Assembly (NCBI GenBank): GCA_032128875.1
Contig: JAVLKG010000007.1
Location: forward strand, 64,001-128,000
Direction: 5' to 3'
Source of the DNA: Candidatus Melainabacteria bacterium 17Bon1m
GTDB taxonomy: Bacteria; Cyanobacteriota; Vampirovibrionia; Obscuribacterales; Obscuribacteraceae
DNA: 64,000 nucleotides
Position numbers and translations under genes: made by a program. Within the stretch, counting starts at the first letter, position 1. The number at the start of each line of letters is the position of its first letter. Below, in pieces: positions 46,219 to 55,492 of the stretch. Below the pieces are notes generated by a model. The model did not search any database. It was not told the origin of the DNA and worked only from the letters and a program-made list of their open reading frames with translations.

Positions 46219-48540
46219 TTGGCTCAAAGAGAGTTCGCATTGAACCGCAAGCAAATCTGCCTTCTCATCACCCTTTCGCTCCTCACGGGTTGCAGCGCAG
46301 ACGGTGTTTCTCAAAAGGAGATGGAGGATTTGGTTAGTCAGGCGCGTGTTGATGCGGCGGCAAAGCAATACGCGGACGCTGAGAAGAAGCTTTTGAAATG
46401 CCTTGAGTATGCCAATAAAGATACGCAACTTTCTATTCGCCTGAAAGTGCTCAACCAGCTTGCAGACTTGGAATCAGAGCAACACAACTCCACGAAGGCA
46501 AAAGAGTACATGCAAACTGCCGGCAATCTTGCCGACGAATATTCGCGTTCTGACCCTTCCGCGTTCACGTCCGCTGAACCGCGACTGCTCAAAGAAGCGA
46601 TCAAAGCCATGATTCGCAGGGCCGATGATTTCGCCGAGTTTGGACGTTATGACGCAGCCCGGTCTTTCTATTTAGGTGCAAGAGAAATGCATCGCGCAGA
46701 CTTGGACCTACCGCCGGAAGACTCTCCGGAAATTCGTCTGCAAAAGCTCCAAGATCGGGTCAGAAGCGAGAAACATGCGATTGAACAAGAAGATGGCTTG
46801 AATGATTCTAAAGATCCTAAGTTTGCGGCTCGGGTGGGAAGAACAGCCGCACGGCGCGCGCTGATGGACCAGATGAAAGTCCTTACGCTGGTGATGATGA
46901 AAAACCCGAACACCGAAACTCTCGACAGGATGTTTCCCATTGTCGAGAAGATTCGCACCGCATATGGTGACCGCGAAAGTGAATACAGAGCGGCGCTGGA
47001 AAACACTGTCAATTTCGGAGCCCTGCACGGACACCGCGAAAAGGCTCTTGCACTGCTCAAATCCGATATGGCACTCTATGAAAACATCGATGTGAATAGG
47101 GCACTCGCAGCGGACACACAAAGTCTCGAGGACTCGACCTTCCTGATTTCAGACCTAGCCAGCTATACAAAGCTGATGATGCATGAAGACAACTACATAG
47201 AGACGCGCAACGCAGCGCTTCGAGGCATAAAACTGGCTGAAGATGTGCGTCATGTCGACTCCGAGAGTTACGCCAATCTGCTCAAAGCGGCAGCGTGGGA
47301 AAGAGAACAGCGAACTCGCTATGAAGAGGCAATTTCCTTCAGGCAACGGCAAATTGCCATGCTCAAGAATTTGAAACTGACCGACGACTACCCCTTCTAC
47401 TATGAAGGTAGACTAGAACTCGGACATGATTTATTAATGGTAGGACGAGCTAAAGACGGGCTTCCAGAGATTGAATATGCAATTTCGCGGCTAAAAGTAA
47501 AGCAACCAAAAGACGAAATTTTAGCTTACGCTTACACAGCGAAAGCAGAGTGCTTGCGCTCGTTAGGCGAACTCCAAAACGCGCGTCAGTGCATGATTGA
47601 TGCTCAAAAACTTTGGGAGTTACGCGGCGGCGTTGAACAGAAATTTGGTTGCTATCGGATTCTCAGCAAAGTGTCCAGAGGATTGAAACGATTCGATGAA
47701 GCGCATCAAGCTGGGTTGAAAGCTCTTCAAAACTGCCAAAAACTCCCCACTGCCCAAAGGCTGAGCGCACTGCCGGACGCCTATCAGGAGCTGGCTCAAA
47801 TCGAGATGGAGCGAAAGCGCTACAAAGAAGCAGAAGCATATGAGCGCAAGGCGCTAGAAGCGCAACTTAAGGTCCAGCCAGAGCCAAGTTTCGCAGCAGC
47901 AGGCATGCTAAATCTAATTGCCCTCGCAGCGACAAATCAGGGAAAACTTGCTGAAGCAGAAGCGCTCCGGCTGCGCGCTGTAAAAATGTGCCGCGACAGC
48001 AAGGAAACTCCGCGGACACCAGAATTGAGCACGCAATTGCAGCTTGCCAATTTTTACGAAACAACCAAACAGAGCGATAAAGCGGAGAAATCGTACAGAG
48101 AGTTTATCTCAGCTACAGAAAAACTCAAAAAACGTGGCGGTGAAGAGATGAAAGACCAATACGCCATTCAATACCTGCGTGCAGCGCGATTAGAGCTCGC
48201 GCAGCTGCTCAGAGACAAGAAGCCGCTGGACTCCAAAAAACTCAAAGACGAATCGCTTCAACAGGCTCCCTCATTGATGACAGCTGACCCAGTGCAGGAC
48301 TGCAATTACTACCTCAAGCTGGGCGACCTTTGTATGAACCTTAGTGACTTTGAAAACGCAGAAAAGGTTTTGCAAGAAGCTGAAAAATTGGCGGGTTCAA
48401 CAAAACCACCCCTTACAGACTGGCAGATTCAAGTTCTATCGCGCAAGAGAGAGCTCTACAAAGCCACCAAGCGCGAGAAATTGGCACAAGGTGCGGCGTC
48501 GGAACTTGAGCGCCTGAAAAACCCCCCAGGAGGTCAATAG
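46219..48540 (+). CDS. TPR-repeat lipoprotein (paralog of 41987-44224)
   Basis: Lipobox LLTGC; shares LN.L.DLE and AGMLNL blocks with the upstream TPR gene. Confidence 0.85.
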   Translation: MAQREFALNRKQICLLITLSLLTGCSADGVSQKEMEDLVSQARVDAAAKQYADAEKKLLKCLEYANKDTQLSIRLKVLNQLADLESEQHNSTKAKEYMQTAGNLADEYSRSDPSAFTSAEPRLLKEAIKAMIRRADDFAEFGRYDAARSFYLGAREMHRADLDLPPEDSPEIRLQKLQDRVRSEKHAIEQEDGLNDSKDPKFAARVGRTAARRALMDQMKVLTLVMMKNPNTETLDRMFPIVEKIRTAYGDRESEYRAALENTVNFGALHGHREKALALLKSDMALYENIDVNRALAADTQSLEDSTFLISDLASYTKLMMHEDNYIETRNAALRGIKLAEDVRHVDSESYANLLKAAAWEREQRTRYEEAISFRQRQIAMLKNLKLTDDYPFYYEGRLELGHDLLMVGRAKDGLPEIEYAISRLKVKQPKDEILAYAYTAKAECLRSLGELQNARQCMIDAQKLWELRGGVEQKFGCYRILSKVSRGLKRFDEAHQAGLKALQNCQKLPTAQRLSALPDAYQELAQIEMERKRYKEAEAYERKALEAQLKVQPEPSFAAAGMLNLIALAATNQGKLAEAEALRLRAVKMCRDSKETPRTPELSTQLQLANFYETTKQSDKAEKSYREFISATEKLKKRGGEEMKDQYAIQYLRAARLELAQLLRDKKPLDSKKLKDESLQQAPSLMTADPVQDCNYYLKLGDLCMNLSDFENAEKVLQEAEKLAGSTKPPLTDWQIQVLSRKRELYKATKREKLAQGAASELERLKNPPGGQ

Positions 48541-48599
48541 ACTTTTCTACTCAGCCATTTGCGGGTAAAGTGATGCAGGGACCAATCAGAAAAGCTTTT

Positions 48600-49901
48600 A
48601 TGAAATTACCAAATTATTGTCGTCGCCAGCTTTTACTGTCTTTGAGTGTGGCGATCTTTGTATACACAACCCTCGCCGGTGCATGCGCGGAAAGCGGTGC
48701 GGCCCAAGAAACACAAAATCTCCTGCGCGCGCGGTTGTTCGAGACATTCTACGTAACGACACGCGCCAACGAAGGCAGCTCGTTCAAGCCTGTCTATGCA
48801 TCCAAGCGAAATTTGGATCTTGGCGGCGGATCACTCGACTACGGCTCTGCTGAAATTGAAAGACCCAATTCCGCCGCAGCGCTGCCTACTTCTGCCAACT
48901 TTCCGCAGTTCAAGCTTAATATGGAAACCGCCGACAAAGACTGGCAAGCAGCGCAGGTTAGGCGGTTTAACAGACTAAGTTTGCCCGACTTTTTAGTCAA
49001 AGTGAAAAACTGGCGTGGACCGATAATGGTGTTTATTCACGGATACGATGAGAGTTTTGACAAAGCATTGAAAGATGCTGCCATGATTGCGTATCAATTC
49101 GATTCTCGCAGCGATGTACCTGTACTGCCAATATGTTTTAGCTGGCCATCCCTCAACAGCAAAGCTGAATATGCCGCAGATGAAGCCAATCTAGAATGGA
49201 GTACGGCAGCATTTTTTGAGTTTCTCGACACTATAAAAGCAGCCAAAGATCCAGGTTCGCCACTAGATATGGTGGCACATAGCATGGGCAATCGCCCGGT
49301 GATTCAATACTGTTTTCAACATCGCAACGACGCACCCAGCTTCCGCAATATCATTCTTTCCGGCGCTGACGTTGATTACCATATGGCCGAATCACGCAAA
49401 AGCGACATCGAATCTGCCGCCGACAGAAGCGTGACAATAATAGTTTCTGACAGAGATGCTCCTCTTATAACGTCACAGCTCCTGCACGGACAACCCCGCC
49501 TTGGACGCCCCATAGATCCTCCAAACGTCCGGGCGGACAAATCAGAATTTCTTAGTTCTTCTTTTTGGTCGCGCCTTACACTCGATGCCAGCACGCTTTG
49601 GCTCCCCAACGCCATCAACATGGACGATGATGTCGTTCGCTGGATCAATAAAAATCCCAGCCTCGGCAAAGAATTCGGCGAAAAAACAATCTTCATCGAC
49701 GTAACTGATCTGGTCAGCGGTGAAATGGGGCATCGCCTTGCGTACCCAGTGATAGCCGGAATTCTGCGTGAAACGCTGGTGCCCCTCAGCGCCACAGCAG
49801 TCTACAAAAGACCTGACAAGCTGACACTCGAGGCAATGGGTGGCAGTCCTCGTTGGCTTTATAGATTTCACAAAATAGACTCCAACAAATTTAGACAATG
49901 A
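48600..49901 (+). CDS. Alpha/beta hydrolase (DUF900-like esterase)
   Basis: FYVTTR, VFIHGY, FSWPS, AHSMG nucleophile elbow, D and H later; signal peptide. Confidence 0.85.
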   Translation: MKLPNYCRRQLLLSLSVAIFVYTTLAGACAESGAAQETQNLLRARLFETFYVTTRANEGSSFKPVYASKRNLDLGGGSLDYGSAEIERPNSAAALPTSANFPQFKLNMETADKDWQAAQVRRFNRLSLPDFLVKVKNWRGPIMVFIHGYDESFDKALKDAAMIAYQFDSRSDVPVLPICFSWPSLNSKAEYAADEANLEWSTAAFFEFLDTIKAAKDPGSPLDMVAHSMGNRPVIQYCFQHRNDAPSFRNIILSGADVDYHMAESRKSDIESAADRSVTIIVSDRDAPLITSQLLHGQPRLGRPIDPPNVRADKSEFLSSSFWSRLTLDASTLWLPNAINMDDDVVRWINKNPSLGKEFGEKTIFIDVTDLVSGEMGHRLAYPVIAGILRETLVPLSATAVYKRPDKLTLEAMGGSPRWLYRFHKIDSNKFRQ

Positions 49902-51478
49902 AAACCACAGCCTGCGCCGTTGCTCTGGTCCTAACCCTCGGTGTTTGTGCTAACGCTGCAATTGCGCGCGCCTATACGACATTCGAAAAGGGTCTCGAAA
50001 AATTCAGTCACAGGCAATTCAAGGAAAGCATTGAGGTTTTCCTGAAAGCCGTCAAAGAAAATCCCCAAGATGCTGATGCTTGGACGTTCTTGGGCAGAGC
50101 TTACATGATGGAAGACAAGTTTCCACAAGCCGTCGACGCCTGCACGAAAGCAATCGAGCTCAACCCTGAAAACGCTCAAGCCTACACGTTTCGCGAGTTT
50201 TGCTATTTCCAAATGAGGCGCTTTCCAGAAGGGCTGGCGGACTCCGAGAAGGCCATTAAGTACTACAAGCCAAACCCGTTTGAGCCATCACTGGTCTGGG
50301 CGCTAGACAACCGCGTTCGCGCTTGCAAAATGATTCGCCGCCCAGACTTAATCGAGCAAGATTTGAACGTTTTGCAGACATACGAAATACTCAACAAAGC
50401 TATCAAACATCGCGAATGGGCACGGCTTGACGATGCGATAAAAACCGTTGACCAGGCGATTAAGAACATGCCGAAAAACGCGGACATGTGGTTTTTCAGA
50501 GGGGTCGTCAATTCGAACAAACGTGACTTCTGGAACGCCGCCGCCGAGTTTTCCAATGCAATTCGGTGCGCACCTGATGCGTGGTTTCTCTATTATTTCC
50601 GTGCCGATGTATATAAACAACTCAATCAAAACAGAGAAGCTGTGCGCGATCTCACAACAATCATCAACGCAAATCCGCGGCTTGCCGCGTATAGGTTTAC
50701 CTGTGAGACTGGACGTTTGCGCGATCAAGGCATTCGTGTCGATGAATCTCCAATTACTATGCAGGACATTTATTATCTGCGCGCTGAATCAAACGCAGAG
50801 CTGGGCAATATTCGCGAAGCAATCGAAGACCTTTCGGAAGCTCTCAAACTCGACCCTTCCGATACCAAAGTGCTGTCTCTTCGCGCTGAATTCGTAAGTG
50901 AAAACGGAAAAGACGACGAGGCAATTAAAGATTTCACCGAAGCGCTCAGGCAAAACCCCACTGATTGGACAAAGCATCAGCAGCGTGGAAACGCTTTTTT
51001 GAAGATCGGGAAAACAAAAGAAGCGATGGATGACTTCACCCAAATCATCAAGCTCAATCCCAAGGAGCCGGGCTCTTATTTGATACGCGCATTAGCGCTC
51101 GACAAAAATGGCGAACACGAAAAGGCTCTCGCTGATTACACACGAGTGATCGAACTTAATCCAAGTGATGACGATGCCTATCTTGCCCGCGCCGTCTGCC
51201 TCCAAGCGTTAAAACGGTACAAAGAAGCGCTCGATGACCTGGATAAGGCGGAAAGCCTGAACCCTGATAACAAGTCAATTGTTATGGCAGAAAAAGCAAA
51301 GCTGTATGTAGAAACTGGACAAGAATCCCTTGCCCGCAGTCAAACAATGCCATTGGACAGTGCTCTGGCAGCCAAAAGACCGAACTACTGGCTGTATGGC
51401 TCGATCGCTTTGGGATTTACACTAATCGGCACGACAGCATTCTTGGTTCGCAGAAAACGAAAAAGCAAAACCAAGTAG
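49898..51478 (+). CDS. TPR-repeat membrane-anchored protein
   Basis: Canonical TPRs (KAIELNPENAQAY); signal peptide; C-terminal TM plus basic tail; ATGA overlap with upstream gene. Confidence 0.9.
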   Translation: MKTTACAVALVLTLGVCANAAIARAYTTFEKGLEKFSHRQFKESIEVFLKAVKENPQDADAWTFLGRAYMMEDKFPQAVDACTKAIELNPENAQAYTFREFCYFQMRRFPEGLADSEKAIKYYKPNPFEPSLVWALDNRVRACKMIRRPDLIEQDLNVLQTYEILNKAIKHREWARLDDAIKTVDQAIKNMPKNADMWFFRGVVNSNKRDFWNAAAEFSNAIRCAPDAWFLYYFRADVYKQLNQNREAVRDLTTIINANPRLAAYRFTCETGRLRDQGIRVDESPITMQDIYYLRAESNAELGNIREAIEDLSEALKLDPSDTKVLSLRAEFVSENGKDDEAIKDFTEALRQNPTDWTKHQQRGNAFLKIGKTKEAMDDFTQIIKLNPKEPGSYLIRALALDKNGEHEKALADYTRVIELNPSDDDAYLARAVCLQALKRYKEALDDLDKAESLNPDNKSIVMAEKAKLYVETGQESLARSQTMPLDSALAAKRPNYWLYGSIALGFTLIGTTAFLVRRKRKSKTK

Positions 51479-51542
51479 AATGCAAAACAGTGTCTGCACA
51501 CAGACCAGATCAGCGAGCATCAAGTATAGGATTTTTGCTTCT

Positions 51543-52100
51543 ATGCACAAGATCGTCGGAATTTCGATAATTGCCCTTCTCGTCACTCTGCTCGGCTGGT
51601 GCCGTTTGGGAGTATTAGCCGCAGACCAAAAGAGCGAGGGTAAATTGCCATTTGACCCGGCGAACGCAAAAGACATCACGCCCGACGCTTTCAAGGGAAT
51701 TCTCAAAGTTTATAAAACCCCCGAGATGAATGCTTCGATGCCTACATATGTGGTCAGAGGGAGCGAATATTTGTCCCTCGGAACTTCATTCGGAGGCGAC
51801 GGAGTGTATTCGGTCATCGCGGCTGACATAAACGGCGACGGGAAGAAGGACTTGGTCTACCTTTACTCCTGGGGCTCCGGATTGCATCGCACAAATATTG
51901 GCGCAGTGGAAGTCGGAGCAAAACTGATCGATCATCAAGCTGCGGACATGCTGATGGATCGAGACGAAGACATCAAGCTGCTTACGGGTAATGGCAAGAT
52001 CACTATTTCAGTCAAAGACAAACCGTATGCAGACCTAGTCCTGCGCGCAGATAAGTCCGGCTCCAAAGTTTTAGTTCTGGAAAAGCGAAACCCAACTTAA
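51543..52100 (+). CDS. Exported hypothetical protein with one FG-GAP/VCBS-like motif
   Basis: ADINGDGKKDLV; signal peptide. Confidence 0.7.
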   Translation: MHKIVGISIIALLVTLLGWCRLGVLAADQKSEGKLPFDPANAKDITPDAFKGILKVYKTPEMNASMPTYVVRGSEYLSLGTSFGGDGVYSVIAADINGDGKKDLVYLYSWGSGLHRTNIGAVEVGAKLIDHQAADMLMDRDEDIKLLTGNGKITISVKDKPYADLVLRADKSGSKVLVLEKRNPT

Positions 52101-52109
52101 AAGCAGTCA

Positions 52110-52427
52110 TTAGTTTTTACTCGTGCAGATCATATAGATGACCGGCTTAGCGCCACGGTTTTCAGCTGCGTGGACTGTTCCTTTAGGCAAATCCAAGGCA
52201 TCACCGGCGGTGACAACAAACTCTTCACCGTCGATGATAAACACTATTTCGCCAGAGTGCACAACGATGTATTCATCGTGAGGATGACTATGCGGGCTGT
52301 AGTAGGCGCCCGGTCCATCTTGCCATGAAAAGATCGAGAAGCCCTCAGATGAGAGCTTCTCGCGCATTTCATTCACGGACTTGCAGTCCGAATATTTGCG
52401 TTGAGCCACAGAGGCCCGACGTTTCAC
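52110..52427 (-). CDS. Cupin domain protein
   Basis: PHSHPHDEYIVVHSG...GDALDLPKGTVHAAEN; directly follows the clpC stop. Confidence 0.88.
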   Translation of the reverse strand: MKRRASVAQRKYSDCKSVNEMREKLSSEGFSIFSWQDGPGAYYSPHSHPHDEYIVVHSGEIVFIIDGEEFVVTAGDALDLPKGTVHAAENRGAKPVIYMICTSKN

Positions 52428-55025
52428 TTAGCCCTTCGAAGCTTTTGCTTCTTCAGACTTATCTTCTTTGTCGGCTTTGTCGGCCTTTTCACCTTTTTCA
52501 GGCTTTTCGGCTTTCTCTGCTTTCTCAGCCTTTTCGGCCTTTTCAGGCTTTTCAGCTTTTTCTGGCTTCACCGATTTTTTCTCGTTCTTTTCAAAACGGA
52601 TAACATCGTTTTCGATCACAGTCTCGATGTAATCGCCTTCTTTGAAGCGACCTTGCAAGACTTGCTCAGCCAGATTGTCTTCCAACAAGCGCTGGATAGC
52701 GCGACGCAGAGGACGTGCACCGTAAGCTGGGTTGTAGCCTTCCTTGGCGATCAAGTCCTTCGACTCGTCGTTGACGAAAAGCTCCATTCCTTGAGCCTTG
52801 ATGCGAGCTCCGAGATCGGCGGACATGATGTCCACGATCTGACGAATTTCTTCGCGAGTGAGCTGTTGGAATACGATGATTTCATCGATACGGTTCAAGA
52901 ATTCCGGTCTGAACGTCTTCTTCATGGCGTCCATGACCAGGTCTTTGATCTTCTTGTACTTCTCTTCCAACTGACCTTCGACTGCCTTGGCTTGGAAACC
53001 GAGAGTCAGTGAGGTTTTGTCGATGAATTGAGCACCGACGTTGGAGGTCATGATGATGATCGTGTTCTTGAAGTCGACCGTTCTGCCCTTACTGTCGGAC
53101 AAGCGACCGTCATCGAGAATTTGCAGCAATACGTTGAATACGTCTGGGTGCGCTTTTTCGATTTCGTCGAAGAGCACTACCGAATACGGTTTGCGACGTA
53201 CTGCTTCGGTGAGCTGACCACCTTCCTGGTAGCCGACGTATCCCGGAGGAGAGCCGATCAATTTGGAAGTAGTGTGGTGCTCCATGAACTCTGACATGTC
53301 GATACGGATAAGCGCATCTTCAGAGCCGAAGAAGTAGCCGGCAAGTGCCTTGGCCAGTTCGGTTTTACCAACACCGGTAGGTCCGGAGAAGATGAATGAA
53401 CCGATCGGGCGCATCGGGTTTTTTAAACCGACACGAGCACGTCTGATGGCTTTGCAAACAGCGGTAACAGCTTCGTCTTGGCCGATGACGCGTTGGTGCA
53501 GAACATCGGACATGTGGAGCAGTTTTTCGGATTCGCCCTCGGTCAATTTCAGCAAAGGAATGCCAGTCCAGGAGCTGACTACGTAAGCAACTTCTTCGGC
53601 AGTTACGATAGGCTTTTCAGTTTCTTGCTTGGCTTTCCATGCAGCTTGAATTTCGCGAATCTTTTCGCTGAGCTTTGTCTCTTGTTCGCGTAGTGAAGCT
53701 GCTTTTTCGAACTCTTGGTTGCGAATTGCCATTTCTTTGTCGCGACGAACTTTTCTCAATTCACGCTCTACTTCTTTGCCTTCAGGCGGCAAGGACGATG
53801 CGCGCAAACGTACACGGGATGAAGCTTCGTCGATCAAGTCGATTGCTTTATCCGGAAGGAAGCGGTCGCTGATGTAACGATCGGAAAGCTTGGATGCTTG
53901 CTCGATAGCTTCATCGGAGATGACCAATCTGTGGTGCTCTTCGTACTTCTGGCGAAGACCGCGCAAGATTTCGATGGTTTCTTCGACCGACGGAGGATCG
54001 ATGATAACCGGCTGGAATCTGCGTTCCAATGCAGCATCGCGTTCGATGTGCTTGCGGTACTCGTCCATTGTGGTGGCGCCGATGCACTGTAGTTCGCCAC
54101 GTGCAAGCGCCGGCTTCAAGATGTTTGCAGCGTCGATAGCACCTTCTGCGGCGCCTGCGCCGATCAGTGTGTGCAATTCGTCAATGACCAGCATTACGTT
54201 GCCGGCAGCGCGAATTTCGTCCATGATCTTCTTCAAGCGCTCTTCGAATTCGCCGCGGTACTTGGTACCAGCGACGAGAAGACCGATATCGAGCATGACG
54301 ATTTTCTTCTCGGACAAAATGTCCGGCACGTCAGCATTAACGATGCGGATTGCAAGACCTTCTGCGATAGCTGTTTTACCAACACCAGGCTCCCCGATGA
54401 GAACTGGGTTGTTCTTGGTACGACGACCAAGGATTTGGATAACGCGCTCGATTTCCTTTTCACGACCGACAACAGGATCGAGTCTGTTTTCCGACGCTGC
54501 TTGAGTCAGGTTGAGACCAAACTCGTCGAGGGTCGGGGTTTTCGATCTGCCGGTCGAGGTGGAAGTACCGCCAGAAGCAGTAGCTGCACCGGACTCTCCG
54601 AGCAATCTAATAACGTGTGAGCGGACCTTTGTGAGGTCTACGCCGAGGTTTTCCAGTACGCGGGCTGCAACACCCTCGCCTTCACGGATGAGACCCAACA
54701 GGAGGTGCTCAGTACCGATGTAGTTGTGTCCAAGCTGACGAGCTTCGTCCCAAGACAACTCGAGCACGCGTTTGGCGCGCGGAGTAAATGGAATTTCAAC
54801 GGCAACGAAACCAGAGCCGCGACCGATGATTTTTTCGACTTCGACGCGAGCGTCTTTCAGATTGACACCCATGGATTTGAGCGTCTTCGCCGCAATACCC
54901 GTTCCCTCTCCGATCAATCCAAGCAAAATCTGCTCGGTACCGACGAAATTGTGACCAAGTCGACGTGCTTCCTCTTGAGCAAGCATGATGACCTTGATGG
55001 CCTTCTCGGTAAACCTTTCAAACAT
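52428..55025 (-). CDS. clpC: ATP-dependent Clp protease ATP-binding subunit ClpC
   Basis: [32 protein letters not shown], two Walker A motifs ([16 protein letters not shown]), UVR domain, LGF loop. Confidence 0.97.
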   Translation of the reverse strand: MFERFTEKAIKVIMLAQEEARRLGHNFVGTEQILLGLIGEGTGIAAKTLKSMGVNLKDARVEVEKIIGRGSGFVAVEIPFTPRAKRVLELSWDEARQLGHNYIGTEHLLLGLIREGEGVAARVLENLGVDLTKVRSHVIRLLGESGAATASGGTSTSTGRSKTPTLDEFGLNLTQAASENRLDPVVGREKEIERVIQILGRRTKNNPVLIGEPGVGKTAIAEGLAIRIVNADVPDILSEKKIVMLDIGLLVAGTKYRGEFEERLKKIMDEIRAAGNVMLVIDELHTLIGAGAAEGAIDAANILKPALARGELQCIGATTMDEYRKHIERDAALERRFQPVIIDPPSVEETIEILRGLRQKYEEHHRLVISDEAIEQASKLSDRYISDRFLPDKAIDLIDEASSRVRLRASSLPPEGKEVERELRKVRRDKEMAIRNQEFEKAASLREQETKLSEKIREIQAAWKAKQETEKPIVTAEEVAYVVSSWTGIPLLKLTEGESEKLLHMSDVLHQRVIGQDEAVTAVCKAIRRARVGLKNPMRPIGSFIFSGPTGVGKTELAKALAGYFFGSEDALIRIDMSEFMEHHTTSKLIGSPPGYVGYQEGGQLTEAVRRKPYSVVLFDEIEKAHPDVFNVLLQILDDGRLSDSKGRTVDFKNTIIIMTSNVGAQFIDKTSLTLGFQAKAVEGQLEEKYKKIKDLVMDAMKKTFRPEFLNRIDEIIVFQQLTREEIRQIVDIMSADLGARIKAQGMELFVNDESKDLIAKEGYNPAYGARPLRRAIQRLLEDNLAEQVLQGRFKEGDYIETVIENDVIRFEKNEKKSVKPEKAEKPEKAEKAEKAEKAEKPEKGEKADKADKEDKSEEAKASKG

Positions 55026-55400
55026 GGCGGGTCGAGCCTCCTGAACTCCGCTAATTAGCGTCCGTAGTATGTTTTTGATGGACGTTTTAAGTGACCTTAT
55101 TCTAACATCAGCATGGGATGAGGGTTGTAAGTCCGCTCCCGTTTTCCTGTGGCTAATTAGACTTGCAAGAAGGTCAAGACCAGACGTTTGTTCCCAAAAC
55201 AGTGATTAATTGGGACTTTGCCTTTTCAAGAACTCTGCGAGCCTGCCACATTAATCATGAGGCGTGGCGGGGGTTATAGCGAAACCCTTTAGGATTATTT
55301 CGCTATACAGCGCATAGAAACCCGCCTATACCAATCGGATCGCCATTTGGCAACCAGCGGCCTTTGCGGTATCCAGTGGGTTACTACCTAAAAGCCGCAA

Positions 55401-55485
55401 GGGCGATGCATGGCATCGCCCCTACAGTATGTTTTGAAATGTCGGCAAGCCGATGGCCTGGTGGGCGCGTGCAAGGCGCCCCGAC
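55401..55485. repeat. REP-like palindromes downstream of topA
   Basis: GGGCGATGCATGGCATCGCCCCTAC and GGGCGCGTGCAAGGCGCCCC. Confidence 0.7.
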
Positions 55486-55492
55486 GAACAGT

